Shown: piece by piece, positions 36,350 through 46,292 of the stretch
How the letters are laid out: each line of letters opens with the position of its first letter
Position numbering within the stretch: position 1 is the stretch's first letter
DNA from: a virus
Taxonomy: Duplodnaviria > Caudoviricetes
IMG/VR virus record: IMGVR_UViG_3300033121_002193
Coordinates: 71,486-135,485 of that record
Strand: one strand, 5' to 3'
Length of the DNA stretch: 64,000 bases
Made by a program: the position numbers and the translations under genes
Notes under the pieces: generated by a model
The model's database searches: none
The model's input: only the letters and a program-made list of their open reading frames with translations
What the model was told of the DNA's origin: nothing

Positions 36350-37363
36350 TTTATTAATTATCTTATTCAGCCTATTAATATCTACATTATTATAAAAGTC
36401 AGCGTATGATTCTTCTTTTGAAGAATAACTATATGGCAAATATATACTTTTTTCTTTTTTTGTATATTTTATATCACTACAAAAATCGTTCACATTTTCT
36501 ATCATAGATTCATGCAAAGAAACATTATGACCTGGCAAATAAATTAAATTATTATACACAATTTCAGGCTTTAAAACATTGTAATTTTCATAAAATCTCC
36601 AACCACTTTCACCATTCATCAATAAAGCATCTTGAATATCTTTTTTATCTGGAGTTGTAAAATGTGCATCTAACGTAATACATGGCTTTAATTTTCTTTT
36701 TACTACAGCTTGATCCCATAGCCACAATTGATAACCTTTTAAAATATCACCGTCTGGACACCATGGCGTGCATTCATTTTTTTCAAATTGCTGAGTTTTA
36801 TTGTTGTAATTATAAGAAACTAAATGGGGAATAAATTCCGCAAACATTCTGTTTTTTCCGAAGATAGCAATCAAATGTTCTAAATTTTTAACTGCTAAAT
36901 CTTCTCTGTTTTTCAACAAACATCTAGCAATTGTTCCTACTAAACATCCGGAACCAATAAATAAACCTTCATTATACTCTTCTAATAAATCCCATGTAAT
37001 TTGATTCTTTTTTTTACCGAATTTTGCTTTCGATAAATTATCCCAAGATTTATGATATAGAGTTAAAAGGTTTTGATATCCTTGATCGTTTTTTGCTAAA
37101 ACCGTTAAATGTCCATAAGTATCCAAATCTGGCATTAAATCAACGTAAAATTCACAACCAAAAACTGGTTGAAGAGATGTGTTTTCGCAGGCTCTTGCAA
37201 ATTCCATAAATCCACTTATATGCCCATGGTCTGTTATTGCAAGATATTTGAAACCGCGCTCAATAGCATATTGTACATGCTCTGTTGGAGATGATGCCCC
37301 ATCAAGCATAGAATAAGTAGAATGGTTATGTAAAGAAGCTATAAGGTCTTTTTTTTGAGTCAT
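36329..37363 (-). CDS. dnaE: stand-alone PHP domain of DNA polymerase III alpha (N-terminal part of split DnaE)
   Basis: LHNHSTYSMLDG, AITDHG, GCEFY, HLTVLAKN, SGCLVG and TLDAHF motifs. Confidence 0.92.
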   Translation of the reverse strand: MTQKKDLIASLHNHSTYSMLDGASSPTEHVQYAIERGFKYLAITDHGHISGFMEFARACENTSLQPVFGCEFYVDLMPDLDTYGHLTVLAKNDQGYQNLLTLYHKSWDNLSKAKFGKKKNQITWDLLEEYNEGLFIGSGCLVGTIARCLLKNREDLAVKNLEHLIAIFGKNRMFAEFIPHLVSYNYNNKTQQFEKNECTPWCPDGDILKGYQLWLWDQAVVKRKLKPCITLDAHFTTPDKKDIQDALLMNGESGWRFYENYNVLKPEIVYNNLIYLPGHNVSLHESMIENVNDFCSDIKYTKKEKSIYLPYSYSSKEESYADFYNNVDINRLNKIINKKIKDVC

Positions 37364-37381
37364 AATCTTATAATATTAAAT

Positions 37382-38071
37382 ATGAAATACATGGGAAGTA
37401 AAAATCGCATAGCAAAATACATCTTACCGATTATACTACAAAACAGGAAACCTGGTCAATACTATGTTGAGCCTTTTGTAGGTGGTGCTAATTTAATTGA
37501 TAAAGTTGACAATCCGCGAATAGGCAATGACATTAATTTTTATTTAATTTCTTTACTTAAAGCTTTGCAAAAGGGCTGGATTCCACCGCAACAAATATCT
37601 GAACAAGAATATTATCATATAAAAAATAATCATCAACAATTTCCACCTGAATTAATAGGATATGTGGCATTCCAATTAAGTTATGGCGCAATATACTTTT
37701 CATCTTATAGAAAAGATAAAGAAAAAAAAAGAAATTATTCTTTAGAAGCTTACAAAAATATTATTAAACAAATGCCAAAATTAACAGAAATAATGTTTTT
37801 TAATCAAAATTATACGGATTTACAAATTCCACCGCATAGTTTAGTTTATTGTGATCCCCCTTATAAAGACACAACAAATTACAAAATAGAATTTGACCAT
37901 GAAAAATTTTGGAATTGGGCAAGAAGCATCAGAAATAAAGGGCATCAAGTTTTTATAAGCGAATATAACGCCCCACCTGATTTTCAATGTGTTTGGGAAA
38001 AACCCATAAAAACTACAATATGCAAAATTGATGGAAAATACAAAACAAATGTTGAAAAATTATATATATAA
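37382..38071 (+). CDS. DNA adenine methyltransferase (D12 class)
   Basis: MKYMGSK, YVEPFVGGAN and YCDPPY motifs. Confidence 0.9.
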   Translation: MKYMGSKNRIAKYILPIILQNRKPGQYYVEPFVGGANLIDKVDNPRIGNDINFYLISLLKALQKGWIPPQQISEQEYYHIKNNHQQFPPELIGYVAFQLSYGAIYFSSYRKDKEKKRNYSLEAYKNIIKQMPKLTEIMFFNQNYTDLQIPPHSLVYCDPPYKDTTNYKIEFDHEKFWNWARSIRNKGHQVFISEYNAPPDFQCVWEKPIKTTICKIDGKYKTNVEKLYI

Positions 38072-38135
38072 AAGAAATAGGTAAAACTAAAAGCACGAAA
38101 TATTTCGTTTTATTATCCTTTATTTTTATAAAAAA

Positions 38136-38363
38136 TTACTTAATTTCTTGAGCTAAATAAGTAGGTTCATACCAAGCTGAAATAGCAAACTTTTTCTTTA
38201 ATCCATCATCATCCTCAACTTCTACAATTACATTTTCTTCATTATTAACAATAAAATGTTCATTGTCCATATCAAACGTTTCTGCAAAACATTCTGCAGC
38301 ATGTTCAAAATCATGTCCAGCAGCTTCATACTTTTCATTGTTAAAATAAACAGTATAAATCAT
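38136..38363 (-). CDS. small acidic hypothetical protein
   Basis: 75-aa ORF with AGGAG RBS. Confidence 0.7.
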   Translation of the reverse strand: MIYTVYFNNEKYEAAGHDFEHAAECFAETFDMDNEHFIVNNEENVIVEVEDDDGLKKKFAISAWYEPTYLAQEIK

Positions 38364-38426
38364 GTTTTATCTCCTATTTTTTTTAAAATTCACTAACAAT
38401 ACCATATAGCTCAATATTATTTTTTT

Positions 38427-39080
38427 TCAAAAAAAACCTAATGCATTAGAAATAATGGGTAATTTTTCACAAAATATTTTTTTACATTCTTCTGCAATCA
38501 ATCGATGCTCTTTTTGTGTATCTGGCTTAGTACGCAATTGAATATAATGAATCCAGCTACGAACATTGCCTGCCATGTAAAGACGAGTTTTTGTACAAAG
38601 TGGCAAAATCATACGGGCGCACTCTTTTGCTACACCACGTTTTATCAATTCATCATAAATGTCATCAAGAAAATCAATTCCTTTTTCAATCATTGTTTCT
38701 GCGTCAATAAGTTCTCCTTCTACGTCTCTCCGTATTTCAAGGAACGGATTAAATTTTTCACTACTACTCTGTCTATTTTTTTCAGCTTGTTTACGTAATT
38801 CTATATCTTCAAAATCAGTAATCTCACTATACCGCTGACTGAACTCTTGAAAAGAAAAACTTCTATGCCGCAAAATTTGCGCCGCAATAGCCCTAGATGT
38901 TTCAATTTCTAAAACCATATGGCCCATTTCAAAAGGCGACCAATGTTCATGTTTGATTAAATAATTTAATAATTTAGGAGCAGTTTCAAAATTTTCTTGA
39001 TTTTTTGGATTACTTACTCTAGCACAGTAAGTTATTAATTTTTCACATTCAGAAGTAATAGCAATTAATTTAACTTGCAT
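38427..39080 (-). CDS. thyX: FAD-dependent thymidylate synthase
   Basis: HWSPFE and RHRSFSFQEFSQRY motifs. Confidence 0.96.
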   Translation of the reverse strand: MQVKLIAITSECEKLITYCARVSNPKNQENFETAPKLLNYLIKHEHWSPFEMGHMVLEIETSRAIAAQILRHRSFSFQEFSQRYSEITDFEDIELRKQAEKNRQSSSEKFNPFLEIRRDVEGELIDAETMIEKGIDFLDDIYDELIKRGVAKECARMILPLCTKTRLYMAGNVRSWIHYIQLRTKPDTQKEHRLIAEECKKIFCEKLPIISNALGFF

Positions 39081-40413
39081 TTATAGCCTCACTTTGCTCA
39101 TCTTCAATATTCACAACACATTCATCATTATTTACCGCACTTTCATGCAGTAAAAATTGTCGAGATTTAATCTTAAAAATTTCACATTTAGGATAAAGAT
39201 CTTTTCTAATACAAAAACCCTCTTCTACAACAGAATCATCTAAAATAGAAGGTTTTTCAAGTAATTTATTATAAAAAATATCTTTTATGTATTCTTGTTT
39301 TTTTGTATCATCAATAATAAATCTCTTTGAATTTTCAATATACTTAGAAACAAAATCTACAAAAGTGCCAACATAAAATTCTGGACAAAATTCTAAACCA
39401 AGTTGTTGAGAACGTTTTTTCATATGTTCATATGGCAAATCAATTTCAATACCTTGAGGATTTATGTTCGTAATTCTATATACATAAACCTTTGGTTGAT
39501 TTAATCCATAAGTATAACCATGCTGTATACTTTCCCCTGTATAAGTTTTTCCTACAATCTCACAATAAACAGCCTCGCCTTTAAATAATTTTCCACTAAA
39601 ATATTCTTTACCAACAATAGACCATAAATCGCTAGAATTATCAAAATAATTTTTGTTATTCTTTTTCTCAGAATCTACAGATTTAACAATTCGCCTACTA
39701 GCACAAATATGTGCATATTCTTCTTCTTGAACTTTAACACCTAAAAACTTAACTATTTTTTCAAAAACAGACAATTTTCGCTTAACTAATGAATTAAAAT
39801 ACCTTGCTGAAGTCCCATGCAATTTATGAGTAATAATAATATTATCATTCCAGTTCATTTTATCTATGTGTTTAAAAAAATGCTCAGTATTAAAATGTTC
39901 TGGAACTAATTTTTTATCTATCATTTCATCAATTAATTTTTGCTTTTTGTTTCCTTCATGAGTTCTAAGGTTACTTTGTTTTTTTACATATTTATGGCAA
40001 ATTAGATTGCCTTGTAATAAATTAAATTCACTACCAACTTCTAATTTATCTATATTGATATTTAAATAAGACAAAGAATAAATAGGGATAACAAATCCGC
40101 TGCTAATAACCCCTTTGAATTTAATCGCCTTGACGCGTTTATTATCTTCAAAAAAACCACGTTTTGTTTTATCTTTATTTAATTCACAGCATCTATATAG
40201 ATTGTTGTTTGATAAAAATTCATGAGAAATAACACTTTCAACAGGAAAAAATAAATACAAACATTTTTCATCATAATCTTTATTAACAAGACAAGAATTT
40301 CCTTGTACACTTATCTCTACTAAATTATCAAATCCTTTAATTGGCAATTTAGTTGGCAGTTTAATGATTTGACAAGTGTAATTTTTACTATTATCTAATA
40401 TTTCCATTTTCAT
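39070..40413 (-). CDS. RNA ligase (Rnl2 / DRB0094-like)
   Basis: N-terminal OB-like region, THKLHGTS, YCEIVG, EEGFCIR and FKIKS motifs. Confidence 0.8.
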   Translation of the reverse strand: MKMEILDNSKNYTCQIIKLPTKLPIKGFDNLVEISVQGNSCLVNKDYDEKCLYLFFPVESVISHEFLSNNNLYRCCELNKDKTKRGFFEDNKRVKAIKFKGVISSGFVIPIYSLSYLNINIDKLEVGSEFNLLQGNLICHKYVKKQSNLRTHEGNKKQKLIDEMIDKKLVPEHFNTEHFFKHIDKMNWNDNIIITHKLHGTSARYFNSLVKRKLSVFEKIVKFLGVKVQEEEYAHICASRRIVKSVDSEKKNNKNYFDNSSDLWSIVGKEYFSGKLFKGEAVYCEIVGKTYTGESIQHGYTYGLNQPKVYVYRITNINPQGIEIDLPYEHMKKRSQQLGLEFCPEFYVGTFVDFVSKYIENSKRFIIDDTKKQEYIKDIFYNKLLEKPSILDDSVVEEGFCIRKDLYPKCEIFKIKSRQFLLHESAVNNDECVVNIEDEQSEAINAS

Positions 40414-40465
40414 ATTTCATCCTTTTTTTCTATTAAATTCAAATTCATCGAAAATTTTTATAAAA

Positions 40466-42322
40466 TTATTTAATTGGACATGCTCCGCCAGCACATTCTT
40501 GACTTTCTAAAACGCCATCTGTAATTTCATTATCTTCTATTGTTCTTAATTTGCTATTTAACTTTTCAAATTGTTCCTGCGTAATAGCTTCTAATGGAGC
40601 TTGTTTAAAACCATGATCACTATGACACAAAAAACTAATAGTTTTTATTTCATCTAAATTTAATGTAAGCCATTTTTTAATTTCTTCTATTTCTTCTTTC
40701 TTATAATATATTGTAACTGAAACTGAATTATCAGACCAATATCTTTGTGCCATTTTTAAAAAATTTAACTGTTTCCAAGTGTCCCAATCTTTATCAGCTG
40801 TTGGTGTACCCTCTGGAACTTGACAATAAAAATCAACAACTAGTGTTTTATGGTCAAAATTTCCATCAAATCCAATAACCGGTTCAATAAAATATCCCGC
40901 ATTTCGCAAAACAGGAATTAATCTATCTTCAGAAGAAAAGCGAACCCTGCGAATATAATATTGAGAATAAGCAGGATGAATACCAGGCGTACAATCTCCT
41001 AATAAAGATAAAGTACCTGATGGTTTTATTGTCGTTGTTCTGATAGATTCAGGTATATTTAACTCTTTGGAATATGTCAAATTTTCATGTTGAATTGCTT
41101 CATAAGCTTTATTTAAAGATGACGGATTCCACAAATTACTTTGTAAACAACCCGTCAAACCTGTACCTATTCTTCTGTTTCTTTTTACAACTTCATCGTT
41201 AAGAGTATTATGATATTTTTCACAAGTAACCCTTTTACCATAACGATGCATTAATCTGGATGCCTCAATGAGTTCTTCTTCATTTTTTAAATTAGGTAAG
41301 AATATTTCTTGCAGATTACATGGTTCGGCATTTTCTAAACCTATTTCACTGCAAGGATTAACGCCTTGTGCTTTATCTTCTTTGTATTCGCCAATTCTAC
41401 CAAAAGTTTGAATATTCTTTAAATTAACTATTCCAATTGGCTCACCATGTTCATAGCTTTTCCAAAACAATGGATGCAAATCATCAATATTATGACAATT
41501 TACAGAGAAATTAGCACGTGATCTATAATTAGGAATAGGACATAAATCCCATCTTTTAACTTTTAAATATTCTTTATCCCAAGGATCCCCAATTATAATA
41601 ATTGCAGATCTTCTAACATTTCCAGCTACAACCATTTCACCAATTGAACACATGATATCAGCTACATCAATTGGTCTTAAATGTTTTCCTGTACGTGAAT
41701 TTAATATAAAACTTACAGTTTCTACAAATTTTTTCAAAGGAATTGGGCCAGAAGCTAAACCCCCAAAACCGTTTATTTTTTCCCCCTGATTACGAATACA
41801 AACAGTGCTATAACTAAAAGATTTGCCTGTTAAAAAATAAGATTCAAGAATTCTATAAGTTAACTCGCACCAACCCTCTCTAGAATCTGGAACTATAAAA
41901 TCTGCATCTTTTGTGTCTTTTGAAACAATACTAACATCTTTTTTTATTTTTGGTAGTTTAGATACGTATTTGTGTTCAACACTTGCACCCACACCACCAC
42001 CTAACATTAATAAATCTTGAGCATTTACAAAATATTCCCATTTTTCCAGTGAAAAAAACCAACAATTTGTTAAACCAGCTCCACCCAATCTTTTGTGACT
42101 ATCTGTTCCACAAAACCACAAACTTCTACCCGCAGGCATTGCTTTTCTATTAAATCCATAATAGAATAATTTGTTTTTTTCTTCTTCTGAAACATGAACA
42201 ACAGATGAATTGCCATTAATATAACGATTTACCGTATTTTCCCATTTTTCACGATTTCCAAAATCATTACGAGCATAAGTTCTGGCATAAACAATTTTGG
42301 CAAGATTAGACCATTGTTCCAT
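40466..42322 (-). CDS. nrdJ: class II (B12-dependent) ribonucleotide reductase
   Basis: VYARTYAR, NPCSEI, CNLQE, IKPSGT and C-terminal CAGGACPIK; start likely at MEQW (42322). Confidence 0.93.
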   Translation of the reverse strand: MEQWSNLAKIVYARTYARNDFGNREKWENTVNRYINGNSSVVHVSEEEKNKLFYYGFNRKAMPAGRSLWFCGTDSHKRLGGAGLTNCWFFSLEKWEYFVNAQDLLMLGGGVGASVEHKYVSKLPKIKKDVSIVSKDTKDADFIVPDSREGWCELTYRILESYFLTGKSFSYSTVCIRNQGEKINGFGGLASGPIPLKKFVETVSFILNSRTGKHLRPIDVADIMCSIGEMVVAGNVRRSAIIIIGDPWDKEYLKVKRWDLCPIPNYRSRANFSVNCHNIDDLHPLFWKSYEHGEPIGIVNLKNIQTFGRIGEYKEDKAQGVNPCSEIGLENAEPCNLQEIFLPNLKNEEELIEASRLMHRYGKRVTCEKYHNTLNDEVVKRNRRIGTGLTGCLQSNLWNPSSLNKAYEAIQHENLTYSKELNIPESIRTTTIKPSGTLSLLGDCTPGIHPAYSQYYIRRVRFSSEDRLIPVLRNAGYFIEPVIGFDGNFDHKTLVVDFYCQVPEGTPTADKDWDTWKQLNFLKMAQRYWSDNSVSVTIYYKKEEIEEIKKWLTLNLDEIKTISFLCHSDHGFKQAPLEAITQEQFEKLNSKLRTIEDNEITDGVLESQECAGGACPIK

Positions 42323-42342
42323 AAAATTCCTTTTATTTTTTA

Positions 42343-42903
42343 TTAATTTAAACCTGATAATCCAATACAAATTGCATCTGCTATATCATTATATTTGTGT
42401 TTCAACTTCAGATCAAAATGGTCATTAACATATTGAACAGCTAAATGCTTAGCTGTGATTTTACCAATTCTTTTGCCATTTTGCAATACATTTCTGTTGC
42501 CAATTTGATGTTGTTTTTTTACAAATTTGTTTTGTTGTTTTTGTTCTTTTGTTAATTTTAATTGTAAATTTTTACGCCACTTACTGGTATCTACGTAATT
42601 AATCTTTTTGTTATTTTTAACATCTATTATGTGTAAAAAATGAAAGTGAAACCACTCTAAAAAACTTTGTTTTTCTCTATTTTTACCTAAATTGGTCTGT
42701 TCTATTACTATTTTATCAACAAATTTATATTTTTTAGATAAATCAAAAATCTCATTTGAACAATTAATTGCCCACTCATAAATACCAACTGGAAAGTTTT
42801 GATTTTTTGAATGAACGTTTATAACACCACAAGCAATTAAATTATTATCTTGTAATAATGCCCAGCCACTATGACTTGATAAATCTAACCCAAGAATTAA
42901 CAT
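42343..42903 (-). CDS. ruvC: RuvC-like Holliday junction resolvase
   Basis: ILGLDLS, VIEQ and DIADAICIG motifs. Confidence 0.85.
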   Translation of the reverse strand: MLILGLDLSSHSGWALLQDNNLIACGVINVHSKNQNFPVGIYEWAINCSNEIFDLSKKYKFVDKIVIEQTNLGKNREKQSFLEWFHFHFLHIIDVKNNKKINYVDTSKWRKNLQLKLTKEQKQQNKFVKKQHQIGNRNVLQNGKRIGKITAKHLAVQYVNDHFDLKLKHKYNDIADAICIGLSGLN

Positions 42904-42905
42904 AA

Positions 42906-43787
42906 TTAAACTATTTTCTTTGTGTATTTTCTTTTTGTTTTTTCATTTTCTTCAGTTCCTTCTTCTATATTTGTATTTTTAAATATATTACAAAAATCTC
43001 TAAATTCATTATCTTTTTCTATTGTAATAATCTGTACATTGTTAGAAAAAAATCTTTTATATTCATTTATTAAAAAATTATTAACACATGGAACCTTAAT
43101 CACGCAATTAAGCACAGGTTCCGTAGATAAATCTTCAAAACTCTTTAAATACTGAACTTTATTAAACAATGCTTGTAAAAAATATCCTTCTGGTATTTCT
43201 TTGCTTGGAAATAATTGCGTTTTCAACATATGTTCTATTGCAATTATTAAATCTTCTATATTACGAATAGTTATCATACAATCTTGTCTTAGTTCAATTT
43301 CTGGCGTCATAAAACTATCTACGCCTATTTCTTCTTCTACTGTTTTTAAAATATCATTAAGTAAATATATCAAATGTCCATTTATACAATCACCTGAACG
43401 AATTGCCGGCATCAAAAAATGAGAAATTTTCTTAGCCAAATCTAAATGATTAAAAAATACACATTTTTTACTTTTCAATTCGTCATTAATCTTGGTCTCA
43501 TCAATATCAGTATAAATCAAAAAAACCTTTGTTTTTTCAAAAACACTCAATTCGTATTCTTTTTTTAATTTATTAAATTCTGTAATAGCTTGATTTTTAC
43601 GCATCATCATTGCCGGAAAATTTTTCGAAAATGCTGAAGAACGTATTTCTTGTTCGTTATATAAAAACGCAATTTCATCCTTTGACAAATTTGTGTTTTT
43701 TGTTTTTTCTTTGAACGAATCTGTTTGACAATTGTCTTCAAATATATTTTTACATTCTAACATTTTTTGTTTAATTATTTCAATCAT
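42906..43787 (-). CDS. hypothetical protein
   Basis: 293-aa ORF in operon. Confidence 0.65.
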   Translation of the reverse strand: MIEIIKQKMLECKNIFEDNCQTDSFKEKTKNTNLSKDEIAFLYNEQEIRSSAFSKNFPAMMMRKNQAITEFNKLKKEYELSVFEKTKVFLIYTDIDETKINDELKSKKCVFFNHLDLAKKISHFLMPAIRSGDCINGHLIYLLNDILKTVEEEIGVDSFMTPEIELRQDCMITIRNIEDLIIAIEHMLKTQLFPSKEIPEGYFLQALFNKVQYLKSFEDLSTEPVLNCVIKVPCVNNFLINEYKRFFSNNVQIITIEKDNEFRDFCNIFKNTNIEEGTEENEKTKRKYTKKIV

Positions 43788-44093
43788 TCATTTACCTTCT
43801 ATTTTTAAATCTTGTCGTAATTTTATGATAATATTATCATAAATATTATTTAATTCAAACAATGTCAATTTCAAATATTTTGAAATAGTTTTGTCTGATA
43901 AATTTACATACTTTTTGTCAATTGCATTTTTCAATGAAAATTTGTATTTTTTTGACCATATAAAATCAAAGTCATTTAAAATCAATGATTTTATGTACTC
44001 TGACTTTAAAGTCAAATTTTTATTATTAAGAAGCAAAAACTTTTTTTTGATAAATGACTGTGGTATTTTAATAAATAGACGTTTTTTTAACAT
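43788..44093 (-). CDS. small protein with sigma region 4-like HTH
   Basis: LSDKTISKYLKLTLFELNNIYDNIIIKLRQDL. Confidence 0.5.
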   Translation of the reverse strand: MLKKRLFIKIPQSFIKKKFLLLNNKNLTLKSEYIKSLILNDFDFIWSKKYKFSLKNAIDKKYVNLSDKTISKYLKLTLFELNNIYDNIIIKLRQDLKIEGK

Positions 44094-44099
44094 ATAAAA

Positions 44100-44597
44100 T
44101 CATAGTTTTTTTACTTCATTGTTAATATTAAAAACTTCCAAAACATGATAAAAATGCTCTTTTGTTTTATCACCAACAGTCAAATTATCATTTTTAAGAA
44201 CAATAACATCACTTGATTTTTTGTTTAAAAACAATTCCTTTACTGAAGAATTCAATTCGGCAATTGAAATTAAAATCTTTTTTTGAATTTCCATGTTTTC
44301 ATTATCAAAAACACGACATACAACTACACTATTTTCAGTAATAAAATCACATGCAGTTAAAAACCCCTCTGAAACTTGTTTTTTTAAATAATTATCAAGT
44401 TTAGATATACGAATAGAAACTTGACATTCTTGTATATTCGAAAAGTTTAAAACTCTACCTTGTTCAATTGCCATAAACAAAGCAGCCATCCATTCTTCTA
44501 CTTTGAATAAATCTTCTTTTGTCTTTTTCAAATCTTCGATTAAATATCCAATAACTGAAATTGTTTTATCTAATTCAGACAACTCTTTTGATTCCAT
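44100..44597 (-). CDS. hypothetical protein
   Basis: 165-aa ORF in operon. Confidence 0.65.
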   Translation of the reverse strand: MESKELSELDKTISVIGYLIEDLKKTKEDLFKVEEWMAALFMAIEQGRVLNFSNIQECQVSIRISKLDNYLKKQVSEGFLTACDFITENSVVVCRVFDNENMEIQKKILISIAELNSSVKELFLNKKSSDVIVLKNDNLTVGDKTKEHFYHVLEVFNINNEVKKL

Positions 44598-44613
44598 TTT
44601 TACACATCTTTCT

Positions 44614-45714
44614 TTAATTAATCATTGCACTCAACTCTTCATTTGAAGGTATATAAGAAGAATTTGCTTGAGAAACATTTGTTGGCTGCTGAAAACTTGT
44701 TTCTGTAAAATTGTTTTTAATTTCTTTGTTTTTGAATTTATGAGCCTTATTATTCAAAACAGCAGTAATTGAATCTGGAGAGCCATTAATAATTATACTT
44801 TGCTCTTCTAATGATAAATCTAAATAATCAAAAATTTTCAATAAATTTTGACATTTTGACAAAGCTAATTGCTTCTGTTGCGCAGTCAATGGTGCTTTCT
44901 TTATGCTCTTGAGCTTTCTACCTTCATGCATTATAATTTCATAAACCACATCTGTTTTATAATCTACATCCATGAAGCTTTTACCACTTCTAAAAAAATT
45001 AAACCAAACTCCTTCATTTGGAGATAAAGGTTCTATTTCTTCGTCTTGTTTTAATGTAGCAAGTAGACCTTGTGTTCTTCTTCCTCCACTATCCCTTTTT
45101 CCTGCTAAAGCTTCATAAATCGTTTTTTTCAATCCCAATAAACCAAAATTACCATTTTGATCCATTGCATTTACATAAAATGCAGTATTTCTAGTTCTAA
45201 TTTTGTTTAACAAATCTTCTTTTTGAAAGGTTAAAGCATCTAGATTGTCTTGTAATTCTAAGAATTTTGGTTCGTTTATTAAACCATTATTCTTCATTTG
45301 TTCTAAATCTGAATTATCTTGTAAAATTTTTTGATTTAAAATTTCTAATTGTTTCTTTTTCTCTTCTTGATCTTCGCAAATCAAACATCTTCCCATAATT
45401 CCATTTTCATTATATTTTCTTGTACATAAAAATTTATGAACTTTTCCACGACTATCTTTAAATCCATAATGATCAGAATAATAAACTGCCCAAATGCCTT
45501 TTTTTAAACCATCAAACATAGGAGGCATAATTCTATATATATTATCACCAGGTTGTAATTTAAAATAATTTCTTTTTTCATATGTTTTCTTTTGCTCTAA
45601 TGAAAAACTACCAAAAGAATTATCTATATCATCGCCTTCAATAGTAGTCTTTACTACTAAATTTTCATTTTCATCAACCATCATTTCTTCAGAAGAATCA
45701 TTAAAATGTTGCAT
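44614..45714 (-). CDS. putative ssDNA-binding protein (gp32-like)
   Basis: FKLQPGDNIYRIMPP, HYGF, C..CLICE Zn-like motif, low-complexity tail. Confidence 0.65.
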   Translation of the reverse strand: MQHFNDSSEEMMVDENENLVVKTTIEGDDIDNSFGSFSLEQKKTYEKRNYFKLQPGDNIYRIMPPMFDGLKKGIWAVYYSDHYGFKDSRGKVHKFLCTRKYNENGIMGRCLICEDQEEKKKQLEILNQKILQDNSDLEQMKNNGLINEPKFLELQDNLDALTFQKEDLLNKIRTRNTAFYVNAMDQNGNFGLLGLKKTIYEALAGKRDSGGRRTQGLLATLKQDEEIEPLSPNEGVWFNFFRSGKSFMDVDYKTDVVYEIIMHEGRKLKSIKKAPLTAQQKQLALSKCQNLLKIFDYLDLSLEEQSIIINGSPDSITAVLNNKAHKFKNKEIKNNFTETSFQQPTNVSQANSSYIPSNEELSAMIN

Positions 45715-45715
45715 T

Positions 45716-46021
45716 TTATTTTACCTCAATATTAAATTTTTTTCTCAAATTCAAAATAGTATTTTTAGATAAACCTGATCTTGTCGCAACTTCTGATGCT
45801 ACTCGTTTTGACTTAAGCATTGATATAAATGCGGTTGTTTTCATTAATAGTTTATCAAGTATAATTTTAGACAAAACAACTTTTACTGTATTTTTCTTAA
45901 CAGGAATAATTTTATTTTTTGTTTTTGTAACAGTTTTTGCTTTTTTTAAAGTCTTTTTAGGCTTAGTTTTTGTTGAAACTGATACTAATGGCAATTCTGT
46001 TTTTGATTCAATATCATTCAT
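45716..46021 (-). CDS. basic protein with C-terminal HTH-like segment
   Basis: ASEVATRSGLSKNTILNLRKK. Confidence 0.55.
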   Translation of the reverse strand: MNDIESKTELPLVSVSTKTKPKKTLKKAKTVTKTKNKIIPVKKNTVKVVLSKIILDKLLMKTTAFISMLKSKRVASEVATRSGLSKNTILNLRKKFNIEVK

Positions 46022-46026
46022 TTTTT

Positions 46027-46290
46027 TTATTTTCCTCTTCCTTCTAAAATTTTCAATGCATATCTTCTTTGTTCTTTATTATATTTTAGCGATTCTTTAT
46101 AAGCACCTCTTAAATCAGCCACCAAAGCACAAGCTTCTTTTAATTTTAAATCTTCTTCTTGAACATCTAAAATTTCTTTTTCATGCTTTGCTAATGAAAT
46201 AATCTTTTCTTTTAATTCTTCTACTGACATAGATTCTATCGCATCTTTAAATTCGCTACTTAAAATGTCTTTCTTTTTTCTGCCTCTCAT
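46027..46290 (-). CDS. hypothetical coiled-coil protein
   Basis: 87-aa ORF with GGAGG RBS. Confidence 0.65.
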   Translation of the reverse strand: MRGRKKKDILSSEFKDAIESMSVEELKEKIISLAKHEKEILDVQEEDLKLKEACALVADLRGAYKESLKYNKEQRRYALKILEGRGK

Positions 46291-46292
46291 AT

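Noticed and set aside
36329-36400. Split-intein (protein trans-splicing) or trans-spliced intron joining PHP to the DnaE core
   Set aside because: The PHP ORF ends at DVC* with no N-intein, the core starts without a C-intein (its intein is internal and complete), and no group I/II intron structure is visible.
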